UHGV virus genome: UHGV-0209072
From: a virus
Reading direction: 5' to 3' (one strand)
DNA: 37,335 bases
This document shows, in pieces, positions 35,867-37,335 of this stretch. The position numbers and the translations under genes are program-made. Below the pieces are notes generated by a model. The model did not search any database. It worked only from the letters and a program-made list of their open reading frames with translations, and was not told the origin of the DNA. Numbering within the stretch: position 1 is the first letter of the stretch; each line of letters begins with the position of its first letter.

Positions 35867-36569
35867 TGTCGTTTAAGTCAAAACTCATTTGTCTTACAAC
35901 TGTTTTTGTGGCTGTAGACGGCTCCCAGTCATTGATATACTCAATTACCATTGGATAATGTTTTTCTCTTAATTGTGATCGGGTACCCACACCTGTGATT
36001 TGCTTAATGCCTGAATTAATATCTTTGTATAGCTTGCCGCGCTGTTCCTTTGTGATTTTTCCAAATCCTCTTGCTACTTCTGCAACTCTCTGATGAACTC
36101 TACGTGATAAGTAGCTATAATCATCTGCACCGATTTTTTGATTGTCTTTTAAGTCGGCTACTTCTTTTTCAATTACATCTACACGCTCATTTGTTTCTTC
36201 ATTTGCTGATAAAGCAAGCATCGCTAGTTTTCTTTGTGAGGTTGGAAGTTTAGGCTGTTGAATTTCTTTTTCCATTTGATTAAAAGCCTCAATATATTTC
36301 AGTTTGAACTGCAATGCCTTTTGACCAGTAAACCCCATTGCTAACAAAGTGAAGCCGTCGCGATTCATAATAACTTGGCGATAAGATTGTTTGTTTTGTG
36401 GATGAATGTAGGTATCTTCGTAAAATAGGTCGGCATAATTTTGTGCCACCCCCTCTTTTAATTCATCAATGGCTTTTAGAACAACTTTGTGTTCTTTTCC
36501 GAAAGTTTCTGCAACTTGTAAACTACTTGTGACCGCTTGTTGGTCTTTCATAATTACTAAGTTGTTCAT
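35859..36569 (-). CDS. Rha-family phage regulatory protein / antirepressor
   Basis: The MNRDGFTLLAMGFTGQKALQFKLKYIEAFNQME core is typical of the phage Rha domain, together with a C-terminal ORF6C-like region. Confidence 0.7.
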   Translation of the reverse strand: MNNLVIMKDQQAVTSSLQVAETFGKEHKVVLKAIDELKEGVAQNYADLFYEDTYIHPQNKQSYRQVIMNRDGFTLLAMGFTGQKALQFKLKYIEAFNQMEKEIQQPKLPTSQRKLAMLALSANEETNERVDVIEKEVADLKDNQKIGADDYSYLSRRVHQRVAEVARGFGKITKEQRGKLYKDINSGIKQITGVGTRSQLREKHYPMVIEYINDWEPSTATKTVVRQMSFDLNDIA

Positions 36570-36583
36570 TTTATTTTCCTCCT

Positions 36584-36868
36584 TTAAATCTCAAAAGTTT
36601 CTTTTAAAAATCGTTGTAACTCAGATCGTTCTATTCGTATATCCTGACCGCTCCATTGCTGCACTTTTAAGCCTTTTGAAATCCAACTGCTTAATTTTTC
36701 ATCGCCGATTTCTAAAATCTTCTTTACCTGAGATTTGTTTGGATAAGGCGGCAATTCAATAATCTTGGTCAACAAATTTAAACGTTTTTCAACCTCTTTT
36801 AAAACGACAAAGGTAATATTATTAGCTAATTCATCTTGAATTACCTCATCAGGTATATTCAGCTGCAT
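36584..36868 (-). CDS. DUF771-like small DNA-binding protein (possible excisionase)
   Basis: 94 aa, immediately downstream of cro in the early leftward operon. Assigned by position and size only. Confidence 0.35.
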   Translation of the reverse strand: MQLNIPDEVIQDELANNITFVVLKEVEKRLNLLTKIIELPPYPNKSQVKKILEIGDEKLSSWISKGLKVQQWSGQDIRIERSELQRFLKETFEI

Positions 36869-36871
36869 ATA

Positions 36872-37063
36872 CTACACCTCCTGTTTTGTCTCTAATTTAA
36901 TATCAAGAAGCTCTTCAATTTGTTTTAAACGTTCAACTGGCTTACGATTTTCTAATAAAATATCTTGAAGATATGCCATCGAAATATCCATTTGACGTGC
37001 CAGTTCTCGTTGACTCCAATCTTTATCAATCAGAGCGTGTGCGACTTGTTTCTTTAATGACAT
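36872..37063 (-). CDS. cro: Cro-like XRE-family HTH regulator
   Basis: 63 aa with HTH WSQRELARQMDISMAYLQDI. Transcribed divergently from the repressor across the window junction. Confidence 0.75.
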   Translation of the reverse strand: MSLKKQVAHALIDKDWSQRELARQMDISMAYLQDILLENRKPVERLKQIEELLDIKLETKQEV

Positions 37064-37139
37064 TTGTGGTTCCCTCCTATCGATTGAATATTTTCTCCAC
37101 TTATATTCTTTTTACACTTGACACAAAAAGGAATATAAG

Positions 37140-37262
37140 CTAACATGTAAGCATAAGAAATACAGCACACAAAAAGCGAGCTTTACTGATGTCCGGGAAG
37201 ACTATTTAGTTTATGCTTACGATTTTTGTATGCCATAAATATCTTGCTTACATGAATACTAT
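37140..37262. promoter_or_regulatory. Genetic-switch operator/promoter region (three copies of a TGCTTAC(A/G) half-site)
   Basis: ACATGTAAGCA (37144-37155, inverted), TATGCTTACGA (37212-37222) and TTGCTTACATGA (37245-37257) lie between the divergent cro and repressor genes. Putative -35/-10 elements are on both strands. Confidence 0.5.
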
Positions 37263-37335
37263 AACGGAATAAATTCCTTATGTCAACTAATTTTTAGTTT
37301 TTTTTCCTTATTTTATTTTGTAAAGCTGTGAAAGG

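Larger units (their letters stand above)
1..37335. mobile_element. Complete temperate Siphoviridae-type phage/prophage genome (lambdoid modular order), apparently circularly permuted so that the lysogeny switch is split across the window ends
   Basis: Full set of lysogeny, replication, packaging, head, tail and lysis modules. Int and endolysin are adjacent while the repressor (start of window) and cro (end of window) sit at opposite ends. The RBS for the first gene lies in the last 6 nt of the window. Confidence 0.8.

Noticed and set aside
35663-36569. Possible toxin-antitoxin pair (Rha-like gene plus a small downstream ORF)
   Set aside because: The larger protein has the Rha/ORF6C antirepressor signature and no toxin motifs. 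The small coiled-coil ORF has no recognisable antitoxin features.

Overview
The window reads as a complete temperate siphovirus genome of about 37.3 kb from a low-GC Gram-positive host (Enterococcus/Listeria/Lactobacillales-like composition). It is probably a linearised circular permutation: the RBS of the first gene (GAAAGG) sits at the window's 3' end, and the repressor and cro are divergent only if the window is joined end to start. The lysogeny module lies on the + strand at the left: ImmR-like XRE repressor, ImmA/IrrE HExxH protease, tyrosine integrase, attP-like arm repeats, a Zn-ribbon moron, and a complete tRNA with a CAU anticodon on the - strand. Every other functional module is on the - strand, read from the right end leftwards: cro, a DUF771/Xis-like protein, Rha antirepressor, Erf annealase, an HNH-like protein, a replisome organiser with internal iterons, MazG, RusA, a C5 methyltransferase, an orphan HsdM plus half-HsdS methyltransferase, YopX, ArpU late regulator, a ~780-bp non-coding island with a tRNA-like remnant, terS, terL, portal, minor head protein, a small HExxH protein, scaffold, major capsid protein (MCP), connectors, major tail protein (MTP), an inserted GT-A-like gene, G/GT chaperones, a 1304-aa tape measure protein, Dit, Tal, a BppU-like fibre, XhlA, holin, and a signal-peptide GH25/LysM endolysin. 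The main finding is a candidate virion O-glycosylation system. MCP and MTP, otherwise unrelated, both end in a near-identical poly-Thr tag (TTTTTT[K/R]PTTTTTTTQ[G/R]), and a DXD-containing 302-aa putative glycosyltransferase is inserted between the MTP gene and the tail chaperones. Other notable points are Prp-type (L27-like) LQ[L/F]FA|A leader motifs on MCP and scaffold with no head protease gene present, an orphan type-I-like methyltransferase plus a small C5 methyltransferase, and several moron loci that are candidates for defence or anti-defence functions.
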